This document shows positions 53,120-64,000 of a DNA stretch of 64,000 nt, piece after piece. Location of the stretch: positions 11,968,001-12,032,000 of the forward strand of contig CM075991.1 in the NCBI GenBank assembly GCA_038087875.1, written 5' to 3'. Source of the stretch: Malacoraja senta (taxonomy: Eukaryota). The translations under genes were made by a program, and so were the position numbers. Each line of letters starts with the position of its first letter. Position 1 is the stretch's first letter. Below the pieces are notes generated by a model. That model did not search any database and was not told the DNA's origin. It saw only the letters and a list, made by a program, of their open reading frames with translations.

Positions 53120-53664
53120 AGGGGCTGTCCCACTTGGGCGACCTAATTGGCGAGTTTAGAAGAGTTTGAAAAACTGACATGTTGAAGACCTCCTTCAACT
53201 ATGTTGAAGACCAGCTTCGACTAACTACGACTAGCTACGACTAACTTCGGGAAAATTGGACATTGGAGATTGGAATAGTGGAGAGTGAAGACGACCTCCT
53301 TCGATCTCCTTCGACCTTCCTTCCACCTCCCTTCGACCGTGATGAAGACTATCTACGACTACCTTCGACTACCTTTGACAACCTACGACTAACATGCCGA
53401 CCTACTACGACTAAACCTACGAGCAAAAAAGGAATCGATTTTTTCCATGACGATCTTTTTTTTACTCGCGGGCATTTTTTAACATGTTGCAAAAAAAAAC
53501 ACGTCGCGACCTAGCTGAGGCCTCGAGTACGCGGAGACCACTCTCGAGCATGAAGGAGAGTAACGAAGACCTTCTAGGACCTCTTGTCGACCATGCTGCG
53601 AGTATGAGTCGAGGGCAAACTCGGCAGAACTCGCGGATTAGGTCGCCCAAGTGGGACAGGCCCT
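53120..53664. mobile_element. PIF/Harbinger-type MITE
   Basis: TIRs AGGGGCTGTCCCACTTGGGCGACCTAAT / ATTAGGTCGCCCAAGTGGGACAGGCCCT. TSD TAA at 53117-53119 and 53665-53667. Internal CGAC-rich mini-repeats. A truncated relative lies at ~22218-22352. Confidence 0.9.
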
Positions 53665-55060
53665 TAAGAAGTCTCCATCAGAATAATGTAAAAATCTGAC
53701 CCCTTGCAGTGACTGCTCTCAAAGGAACAGGTGGAGTGTCTTCAGAACTTTGAGTTCATGCTGGGTTTAGGATCATGACTGGCCCGATCTTAATTCCATT
53801 TACACGCTGTAGATCTTACCGATTGTTACCAACAACCAAAATAAAATGACTAATTTCAGTTTTCATAAGTTCATAAGTGATAGGAGCAGAATTAGGCCGT
53901 TCGGCCCATCAAGTCCACTCCGCCATTCAATCGCGGCTGATCTATCTCCCCCTCCTAACTCCATTCTCCTGCCTTCTCCCCGTAACCCCTGACTCCCTTG
54001 AAATACAAAAAAAAAGTTTGGAGGTGACTTGGGAGAAGAGTAAAGAGAAAGAATTACGAGTGAGAATCTCATTCTGGGTGTCCATTCTCAGCTCGCTGAT
54101 ATCATTAGGTAAATGGTGCAGGAGCCTGAGAACTGATCTCCAGGTTCAAGAACAACTTCTGCCCAGCAACTGAAATGTTGTAGGAAGGAACTGCAGATGC
54201 TGGTTTAAACCGAAGATGCTGGAGTAACTCAGCGGGACAGGCAGCATCTCTGGAGAGAAGGAATGGATGATGTTTCGGGTCAGTCTGAAGAAGGGTCTCG
54301 ACCCGAAACATCACCCATTCCTTCTCTCCAGAGTTGCTGCCTGTCCTGCTGAGTTACTCCAGCATTTTGTGTCTATCTTGCAGCGACCATCAGGCTCTGG
54401 AATCACCCTGCACAACCCTAACCATACACCTCGACAACCATTGACTACGGACTCATGTTTGGTTGCTGTATGAACTTCAAGTTTGCATTATTATGGTCCA
54501 GCTAGCTGGTATTACTGCCAATTCATTTATTGCTCTCTTGATTATTGCATATTTACTTCTTGTGTTATTGTGTTACTGGGTCTGTAAAGCTGTAGCAAGT
54601 AAGAAGTTCAACCTTCTGTTCTCGATGCAATATGACAACCAAACAATCTTGACACGTCAGTGTGAATGTGTGGCTGATATTCAAAAAGTATATTCATAGT
54701 AGTGGATCCTGTTCTGGAACAGCACCCTAAGAGTCTTCATGTTTTGTTGTCCTGAGCAATACAAATTCTATACAAATACAAGTTGCTCCTACCTTTCTCT
54801 CCCTGTGTAGCTATTCTCTATGATATATGCAGGAAGGAACTGCAGATGCTGGTTTAAACCGAGGATAGACACAAAAAGCTGGAGTAACACAGTGGGTCAG
54901 ACAGCATCTCTGGAGAAAAGGAATAGGTTACGTTTCGGGTCATAGAAACATGGAAAATAAGTGCAGGAGTAGGCTATTCGGCCCTTCGAGCCAGCACCGC
55001 TAATGTGATCATGGCTGATCATCCACAATCAGTACCCCATTCCTGCCTTCTCCCCATATT

Positions 55061-55960
55061 CGACCCCCTCTCCCTACCATCCTACTGGCCAATGCACAGT
55101 CCCTTGAAAACAAAGTGGAGGACTTAAGGGCAAGGCTGTTTTACCAAAGGGAGCTGAGGGAATGCTCTGTGTTCTGTTTCACAGAGACATGGCTCACCCC
55201 CAGCTCCCCAGACTCAGCAGTCCAGCCTGAAGGTTTCTCCATCCACCGTATGGACTGTACGCAGGCATCTGGGAAAGGGAGAGGAGGGGGCGTCTGCCTC
55301 ATGGTCAACTCTGCATGGTGCTCAGACGTGGCAGTCCTGTCCAACTCCTGCTCTCCACACCTGGAACACCTGGCTGTGAAGTGCCGTCACTCCTACCTTC
55401 CGAGGGAATTCACCTCCATCATCCTGACCGCGGTCTACATCCCACCCCAGGCTGATGTCCATCTGGCACTGGGGGAGCTGCACGCCATGGTCAACAAGCA
55501 CCAGACGGCTTACACCGAGGCGTTTACCACCGTAGCCGGGGACTTCAACAAAGCCAACCTGAAGAAATCACTCCCTAACTTCTCCTGCAGCACCAGAGGA
55601 TCAAACACCCTCAACCACTGCTACACAACCATCAAAGACGCCGATCGGTCTATCCCTCGCCCTCACTTCGGTAAATCTGACCATGCTGCGGTGAATGGAC
55701 TTTGGAAGGGGTAGGATGGGGTCCCACAGTCCCGTTTATATCAACGGGTCGATGGCGGAAAGGTTCAAAAAGGCTGCCAACACCTTCAAAGACCCACACC
55801 ATCCTGGCCACACACTCATCTCTCCGCTGCCATCAGGTAGAAGTTTCAGGAGCCTGAAATCTGATACATCCAAGTTCAGGAACTGCTTCTTCCCCACAGC
55901 CATCAGGCTATTAAACTCGCCATCAAACAAACTCTGAACTATAACAGCCTATTGCACTTT
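55061..55960 (+). mobile_element. Internally deleted Rex1/Babar LINE: APE endonuclease domain joined to the 3' end
   Basis: ANAQSLENK...FCFTETWL...GGGVCLMVN...AVYIPP...AGDFNKANL...HFGKSDH, then DPHHPGHTLISPLPSGRSFRS...FFPTAIRLLN. Confidence 0.88.
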
Positions 55961-56109
55961 ATGTTTTATGTGTGTGTATATATATGGTCTCTGCTATATA
56001 GACACACTGAACTGCTCTGTATTTATGCTTACTATATTCTGTTGTGCTGCAGCAAGCAAGAATTTCATTGTCCTATCTGGAACACATGACAATAAACTCT
56101 CTTGACTTG

Positions 56110-56345
56110 ACTTGATTCCGCTAGCTCTAAGAGCTCTATCTAACTCTCTTTTGAATGCATCCAATGAATTGGCCTCCACTGCCTTCTGAGGCAGAGAATT
56201 CCACAAATTCACAACTATCTGGGTGAAAACGTTTTTCCTCATCTCAGTTCTAAATGGCCGACCCCTTATTCTTAAACTGTGCCCTCTGGTTCTGGACTCC
56301 AACATCAGGAACATGTTTCCTGCATCTAGCTTGTCCAATCCCTTA
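56110..56345 (-). mobile_element. CR1/HER1 LINE fragment
   Basis: ESRTRGHSLRIRGRPFRTEMRKNVFTQIVVNLWNSLPQKAVEA. Confidence 0.85.
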
Positions 56346-56775
56346 ATATTTGTTATTAAATAGTTCTTGAGACCCATCTTCAGACCTATTCCCTATGATA
56401 TGCTATTCTATGCACAGGTAAATAGTTTTAATATGTGCATTATAATTCCACTTTAACTGCTTATTCTGGTAATGCCCTCTACCAACCTGCTCTTCAATGA
56501 GGCTTATTTTTATTCTTCTCTGCACCAGTTGGCCATTTGCATCTAAATTAATTTACTTGTTTGCAGGAGATTATCCATTCCTTCAGGCTGTTAAAAACCT
56601 CGGATTTTATCTAATCTCTCTCGTTAATGGAAACAAGGCTGAGAATTCTAATCACCCCAGGGAGAACAGTGTGGAACAATGCTGGGTAAACAACATTATC
56701 TCTCCCCCAACCCGCATTAATATCATGACGTGGGTGTCAAGCAGGGCAAGTCACTAAACCTAGATAATAGTTATT

Positions 56776-57007
56776 GGAATTATCATTGGACAGCATGTGG
56801 AAAACTATTTGCAGCCATGAGCACAATTGGATGTGAGCCCTTGCACCCTTGGTCAGAACTCAACTGTTGAATTAATGAATTAAGCAACCAAGTAATTATT
56901 TAACTAATTAATTTGACAGTTGGGTTCTGACCAAGGTTTCAAGTGCTTACATCCAATTGTGCTCATGGCTGCGAATAGGTTTCCACATCCTGTCCAGGGG
57001 TAATTCC
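56776..57007. repeat. Long imperfect inverted repeat (~100-bp arms, ~30-nt AT-rich loop)
   Basis: Perfect pairs include GCAGCCATGAGCACAATTGGATGT / ACATCCAATTGTGCTCATGGCTGC and CCTTGGTCAGAAC / GTTCTGACCAAGG. Confidence 0.95.
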
Positions 57008-59384
57008 CATCAATATCAATTAATTAATTGGCATCTTCTCCTTTCTTTTCTTTCAAATACCAACTAACCATGTTTCTTGATTAGGACGGGTGTTAGAGAT
57101 TATGGGGAGAAGGCAGGAGAATGGGGTTAGGAGGGAGGGATAGATCAGTCATGATTGAATGGCGGAGTAGACTTGATGGTCTAATGGCCTAATTCTGCTC
57201 CTATCACTTATGATCTTATGAACCACTGGTGTTTTTCCAGCTTTTTTATTTGTTTTCCAGTATGTCTTCCTAAAGAGCGACGTGGAAAACTCAATGGAAG
57301 ATTCATATTCCAACCAATCATAAATCCCAGCCAAATTAAATGGAAAATAATGAAAGATGCAAAGATTTATTAATCAAGGTCCCTACATTATTTGCTATTC
57401 TGATAAAGACATTTATTGAGGCTGGCAATGAGTTTTATTTACAGCACTGCCCTTTACAACAAGTATATTGACAAGCATTTGGATGTTACTCTCATTGGCA
57501 GTAAACAAAGAAGGTTCCTGCTAAAACACAAATTGCTGGAGGAACTCAACGGATCAGGCAGCATCTGAGGAGAAAATGGACAGGCAACATTTCACATTGG
57601 AAGGGTCTTGACCCAAAACGGCATCTGTCATCTGTCCGTTCCCTCCCGATGACGCCTGCCCCAAGTTCCCCCAGCACTTTGTGTTTTGCTCAGTATTCTA
57701 GCACCTTCAGTTTCTTGTGTCTCCATACTGTGAATATTCTTACCAAATCTCACATCCTTGACTCAAATTAGTTCATATACGTGTGGATAGACACAAAATG
57801 CTGGAGTAACTCTCTGGATAGAACTCTCTGAATAGAAATCTCTGGATATTTCTAGTATCATTAGATATTTTCCCGACTGGTGAAAAACATGCCGTGGAGA
57901 CCACAGGAGTTGGAATTAGAACCATTCCTCGTCGTGTTGCACTTCAACTGACATTGGATCCAAGAGCATAATTTCAATCTTGCAGGCAAGATAAACTTTG
58001 CGGACGGTGTACAGGAACTAAGGAATGCTGATCTAGTCCTGGTGAATTAAGTTGGTTGACATGGGAGAACCTCAGGGTAGCAGTGAATATGACATGGTTC
58101 AAGCAATTATGGAACTGGCCAGAGAGTAATTAGAAAGGGGGATATAATTGAATGAGTGCCAATTTCTGTGATTCCTGGAGCCAAGAACTGGATACTAAAA
58201 TTACCCCAAATTATGAAGTAAAAAATGAACAAAGATTTATGACAAATGTCATGATAAAATTCAGCAGCAAACTAGGCCAGAAATGATTTTGAAAAGGACC
58301 AGAGGAGGATGCAAGGATCAGGGGAAAGACTTAACAGGTAATATAAAAACAAAAAATATTGAAAACAAAAATGATTTTAATAAGTTATAAATTATTTGCA
58401 GTCTTTCAGTATTCAGAAAGTAAATTTTCCTCTGGGAAGCAGAGGTCAAGACTGAAGTGCTAAATGCAGGAAGACCAAATATTCCTCTTCAGAAAGCAAT
58501 CCTGATCAGGGCACTTTTTTTGTTTGAATTTGTCTTGCTTTTACGGAATCTACTTCTCTGAAATGTATTAATTCCTACAAATATGTTTGCAACCCTCAAC
58601 TAAAATAAGTGTACTGAGAGTGGATAGAGCTCAGTCAAGTTGGTGGTACTGAAGAAGGGTTTCGGCCCGAAACGTTGCCTATTTCCTTCGCTCCATAGAT
58701 GCTGCTGCACCCGCTGAGTTTCTCCTGCATTTTTGTGTACCTTGGTGGTATTAAAGTTGATCTAGCTGACAATCCATTACCAATCTTTGATCATTCATTT
58801 ATGGTTTCAGCCAAGCTCTCTCCTCAAAACAAGATTTTCACTATTTGCATTAATGATCAAATTTATTTTTTGTTAATAGCAAAAGTATTCTGCGAAGGAA
58901 ACGTCAAATTTTCATAGACCTCATTGGTACAAGAAATGAATGCTCTCCCATACCCATCAACTGTTGAAAATGTAGCATTAAAAAGATGGATAGACTCAAG
59001 GAGTCGAGATTGAACTATCCTTAGTCAGCATGGGCAGGTTGGGCCAAAGGGCCTGTTTCCATGCTGTATTAGGACCATGGTATTATTGGACTGAGCAATG
59101 ATAGAAATACATGTCCATTGTGGAAAATTACCTTTCACCACATACACTGTTCTAACTCGTATAGCAATCATTCTCAAAGAAAGAAATTGGGACAATTATG
59201 CATATATGTGGCTGTCTGAAGAGCACGGATAGAACTAGAGCGTTTACACTTCATTAGGCATGCAAGGCTTTTGGCATCTAGTTCTTTTGAAATGCTGAAC
59301 TCAAGGACGAGTGTGGTTTGAGGGACGGGTTCCGCCTTCAAGGTGGTCACTCCACAAAATATCGCAATTGTTAAAGTACATTTA

Positions 59385-62300
59385 AAGGCGCTTTTGTGTT
59401 CCAATTTATTAAACTGACCTGCAATCTAATGCAACAGACTTCAACTCATCGGTACAATAAAACACAGTACAGACCCATTTCTCTTTAAATATATATCTCC
59501 AATGTCACAATAAAAATGTACATACAAATAACATTTTAATTGCAATGATTAAAAAATATTTACCTAGAATGTAATTTAAAATATGTACCAGAACTTACGT
59601 GATTTTAATACATTTGTTTGCATATAAAATGTAGACTGGTTAAATAACCCAGAAATCAATAAATGAAACCTGATGATGACTTCTCAATAATGAAGCTCCT
59701 AGAAATATTGAATACAGAGTTTAAAATGACAACAAAATGTAACTTTGGCTGAATTATTGGCACTTACATTTTGCTCTAAACTCTTTGGTAAAACTACAGA
59801 ATTATCAGTTAGATTTTTTATTTTTTTCTGTTTTGTTAAAAAATGGTAATTTTGAATAGTGTGCTTCTTAGTGTGAGCAAATGAAATCTTAGAGAGAGAG
59901 AGAGAGAGAGTTTGGTGGAGGTGCCTCCTCATATTGGGAATTTGCTTTGGACCGACCGAGCCAGCCAGGATCCCTTTCTTCACCCAGCAAATTAATTTTC
60001 TGCACCATGTCCTTTCTGCATAATGTGGTCACCATCAATTAACTAAACTGACGCCTACTGGAAGTAAAGGCTTGACCCCGTTCCAGTTTCTCATTCCTTG
60101 GCAAGGCCATAAACATAGAGTCAGATCCTATCCCCAGTCTCTTCTAAGCACTCAGGCGTTCTAATGGCAGCAGTCAAGAGAAGCAAACCTTGGATGAATT
60201 AATTCCCCACTCGGAGGGATTCTCAGAAAACCAAGGCCTTTAGAAAATCAACCTTTTTCTATCAACTTTTCCCAAGTTCAGACTTCTTAATATAAAAGGA
60301 CTTCTTTTTTTTTAACACAAAAAAGGACTTTCTTGCCATATAGGTCAGCTGACCGCGAGGAGCTATCCAAGCCATTGAAAACACAATCTATCCAAAATTT
60401 CAATTCACATTCCGTATGCATCCATAACCTGCAGGAAAGCGCAATAAAAAGGTTACAAAGATTAGAGATCACCAGACAGTTTTGGTATTTACAAATAAAT
60501 GGCCTCTCACAATCACTTGATAGCAAATGAACAAAGTTTAGTTTGTGGATGGTTATAGCTTTGCGGAAAACATGCCCCAGGAACATAGAATGTAGCAGAA
60601 TAGTAGATGTGAAATATCAATAACGACAAGTTGTAACCATTCTCTTCATTTAAGAGGTAGTCAGTCTCCATGTTCACTTACTCTGAAGGTTATAGTGACC
60701 TTGTCATTCTCAAGATGGAAGCAACATACTCGTGCAGAAAATAAATACTCGGGTCTCATACAAGTTTTCTGTAAAAGGGATCCAGGTAAGTGGGCAAGTC
60801 ATCGCATCATTCCTAAAGCACTGCCTTTCCAGTAAAACCGGAGCTTCAAGCTTTTATTTAAAATATGCTGATTAAAAATAATACCTTTCATCCTCTCTTT
60901 CTTGATGAACTCAGCCAGGGACGCAGGGGCAACTAATCATTATGTTCCGGGTAAGTCTACAGGAGGGAGACACAGGGCTAATTCAGTTCTCCTATACACT
61001 GAGTGGAGTGGTGGGCACTATATCAGAGCCCAAATGAAAGAATCTGCATTAGTGCTAGCAAATAACCACAACCCTCTTACAGCTGTGAAAATGCCAAAAT
61101 GGCAGTGTACTCACTAAAAAAGACAAAATGCTGGAGTAGTTCAGTGGGTCAGGCAGCATCACTGGAGAACATGGATAGATGACATTTCGGGTATGGACCC
61201 TTCTTCAGACAGAGTTCTCACTACTCTTCTCAACAACTTGCTTTTTTCATCCACAATGAACCAAACCTACTTCAATCTAACAACATTTATTTCTGATAAA
61301 GAATTCCTGGGATTTGTTTTAATATTGTCAATAGCGAAGTCAAAAGCTAACAAGGTCAGCAATTTGTTATTATTTCCTATTAATTTCTCAAATTCAAAAT
61401 ACTTGACAATTACATCTATCTGAAGAAGGGTGCCGATCCGAAACATCACCAATCCATGTTCTCTAGAGATGCTGCCTGACTCTGAGTTACTCCAGCACTT
61501 TGTCCTTTTTCATTTACTTCTATCTTGTTTATCTATTTCTTTTTTATGTTGTTTGAAAAATGGCTTTCTAGTCAATTGCAAGCAATTGCAGACATTTTCA
61601 ACTAGGGCAGTTAGTGATAACCTAACCTTAAATATTCTAAATTCAACCTTAGTGTCATTGGAAACATTGCCAGATTTATCGACTTTCACAATTTGCCGCA
61701 ATTTGATCTAAGCATATGGTCTACCAGGATCATTTGCCTGAGAATCCTGTATCACTTCCAGTGCTAACCAGTAGCACAGTATTTCTTCAGCACCATATTG
61801 CAATGCAATAACCAGATAGGTCCTAATACGATGAGCTGAGTGGCTCTTTGACTTTCTCCATCATTGAAAGGCAAATTACAGGATAGATTGCTTAATGAGA
61901 ATTCTTGTCCGAAAGCATCGCAGCGTGTCCTTTCAAAAGCTCTTTGCCAACTGAAAATAGTGCACGCGAACAGCAGGTTATGGATTCAAATGACAAATGA
62001 TTGGAGCCCGATTATCTAGAATGTCAGTGGTCAGGGTGCTGCATGGTCACAGATATGCAGTTAGGGTTAGCTGACAAAGTGAAGAAAGGACAGTTGGGTA
62101 CACGAGGTGCACAAGATGGACTGCGTGCTAGATCTTGTATGGGGTGGGGAGAACAGTGCACCAATAGACCTTATCATATGCTTGATACTACCTGTAGCTT
62201 GAGATCTCTACAGCTACCATTTAGAAGTTAAATTCAGATTTCATGGGAATTACTCGAGATCAAAGACTGCTAAATTACCAAATAAAACCACTGGAATGTG

Positions 62301-64000
62301 TACTGTGTGCTTAACAGCAAACTTATTGGGTTTCATCAAGGGAATGTAAGTTGGTGGTTTAATAAATTCCTCTGCTGGCTTCCTCAAGCGATTGACTCTT
62401 TCTAGAGGCAGCATCCATGCAGTACCCGACTCAAGGGACTATTCATGTGCGAGGCTCGATGGTGTGCCTCTTACTGCAAAGGGCATCACAAAGAACCCTA
62501 TTCTATTCTCATTCAAAAGCTTCAAACAGCAGGTGGAAACTTGTTTTAACTGGGAACCTTTACTGGTTTATTCCCCCTCCATACTCTGTGGATGCAAATA
62601 GTATATTAGCTCTAAGACCAATATAAGATGATGGGGGAATCCGGGACCAAAATAAACCATTAAGACAAATTATCAACAATGCTCTTAATGGTGGGACAAA
62701 CTGGAGGGGCTGAGAGACTTGCTCCTACTTTTAATTCTTATTTACTCAAGTCAATTATATATCAGCATTGGTGAGATTAACATGGCTTTAAAAATACATG
62801 CAGGCCCTGCTATTGTTTGGTTTCACACCAATGAAATTACATCAGGTACCACCCAGACGTCTGCACATAATCTTGGTTGATATGCCCAGAAGAGTGGATC
62901 ACCTTTCAGATGAGAGTTAACTAGAGGCTCTGTCAATCCTTTAAAAGTTCACATGGGAACAACAATACCTCCGAGCATCCACACCAGTTTATATCTCAAT
63001 CTACAGGTTTCCTAAGCACTGCATCAATGCTGCTGCATTTTTCCCATTCTGCAACAGTGATTTGACTTCAAATGTAGTTAAATGACTATGAAGCATTTTG
63101 GAACCCAAGGCTGGTAATGGCGTTTCTTTCTTCTTAAATGGAGTCACCGTGAGAAGTGAAAAGCTTGCAAGCAATTGACAAGGAATTCAAGGCATTAACA
63201 AATCTAGGTTTTACCATAATATCACCACTGTAACATTAAAAGAAATAACATTTAATTGTGTTATTGCTGGAGTCTTCAAGTAACTGCACAAGAACCCGTA
63301 GACCAAGGGTACAAAAGTCAAGATGATTTTTTTATCCATTATATGCAATTGATTAATATTGATTATAATCTTGGAAGTCTAAAATCACTGATACCAGTTC
63401 TATGAGGAGTAAGTCACGTTAGCTTTTTAGTATAACACACTCCACTGTCTTTTCACTGTGCACAATATCTACAAAAATAAGTCCTCTTCTTTCTCCCAAC
63501 TCCTGCATTGCAACAGCAAGTGCATGCAGTTTTTCCAACAAAATGGTTGGCACCAGCTCCAGCCAGTGCTAACACAGTACGTTCACAGCTTACTGAAGTG
63601 GTGTCGCTTTGGGCAGAGAGAACTCAAGCACCCTCCGTTGCTTTCCTTCACTAGACGCCAGCATTCCTCTCTGGGCTGTCTTCCTCGCTAGTTTGCGATT
63701 TACTTCTGCTAGTGCCTGATGATGATATTGAAGAGGAAAAAAAGTGCATTAAAGTTAATTTTTTTGTGGTCATCGGAGAGCCTCCAGGTGCACTACCAGG
63801 TTGAATGCCACATGTCTATGACATGCACTCAAAGCCAAAATGCATAAACTTGAGTAAAAGCAAGCAGAAGCCTCCATCATGTAGACCGCCCATCGAGAAT
63901 GTGAACAACCATTCCTTCTCTCCTATCTTGTTTTCACTTCCTGGTCTTCAGAATCAATCTGGCAATGGAAATTGGTATACACCTTTGTGAAGAAAAAATA
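59385..64000 (-). other. Possible long 3' UTR of a minus-strand gene whose CDS lies beyond the window
   Basis: Minus-strand AATAAA (TTTATT at 59405-59410) ends a block that is U-rich and UGUA-rich on the minus strand. The region is relatively TE-poor and has no coding exons. Confidence 0.4.
62890..63110 (+). mobile_element. Old DeuSINE relic (similar relics at ~16990-17130 -, 28500-28910 -, 49230-49430 +)
   Basis: CCTTTCAGATGAGAGTTAACTAGAGGC and ACAGTGA...CTTCAAA...TGAAGCATTTTGG resemble Deu-domain and tail sequence. Confidence 0.45.

Noticed and set aside
53180..53420. Short CGAC-rich repeats resembling an array
   Set aside because: Internal repeats of the Harbinger MITE with no repeat-spacer structure; not CRISPR.
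60680..60792. Strong + strand donor CCAG|GTAAGT near 60785
   Set aside because: No recognisable coding frame or clear acceptor, so an exon cannot be supported.

Overview
This is vertebrate genomic DNA, almost certainly from a cartilaginous fish (skate/ray-like), judged by dense HE1-type SINEs, CR1/HER1 LINE 3' ends, DeuSINE relics and Penelope-derived repeats. It contains: (1) the last three coding exons and 3' UTR of WBP1 (+, 1.6-6.5 kb); (2) an intact intronless 140-aa profilin (+, 14391-14813); (3) the complete POLR3D/RPC4 gene (-, 8 coding exons 16569-29689 splicing to 395 aa, plus a probable non-coding exon 1 and CpG promoter near 30.6-30.9 kb); (4) an orphan, neuronal-type promoter/first exon (+, about 41.5-41.9 kb) with a CRE-like site and a strong RE1/NRSE site, followed by a ~1.85 kb (CA)n tract and a 200-N assembly gap; (5) a probable long 3' UTR of a minus-strand gene ending near 59.4 kb. 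The most interesting points are the divergent intronless profilin (a candidate ancient PFN3 paralogue with a degenerate polyproline face), TSD-flanked fold-back Penelope-derived elements carrying minimal hammerhead ribozyme cores, and a ~230-bp near-perfect palindrome at 56.8-57.0 kb. Repeat boundaries are approximate unless TSD or TIR coordinates are given. Family names come from recognition, not database searches.
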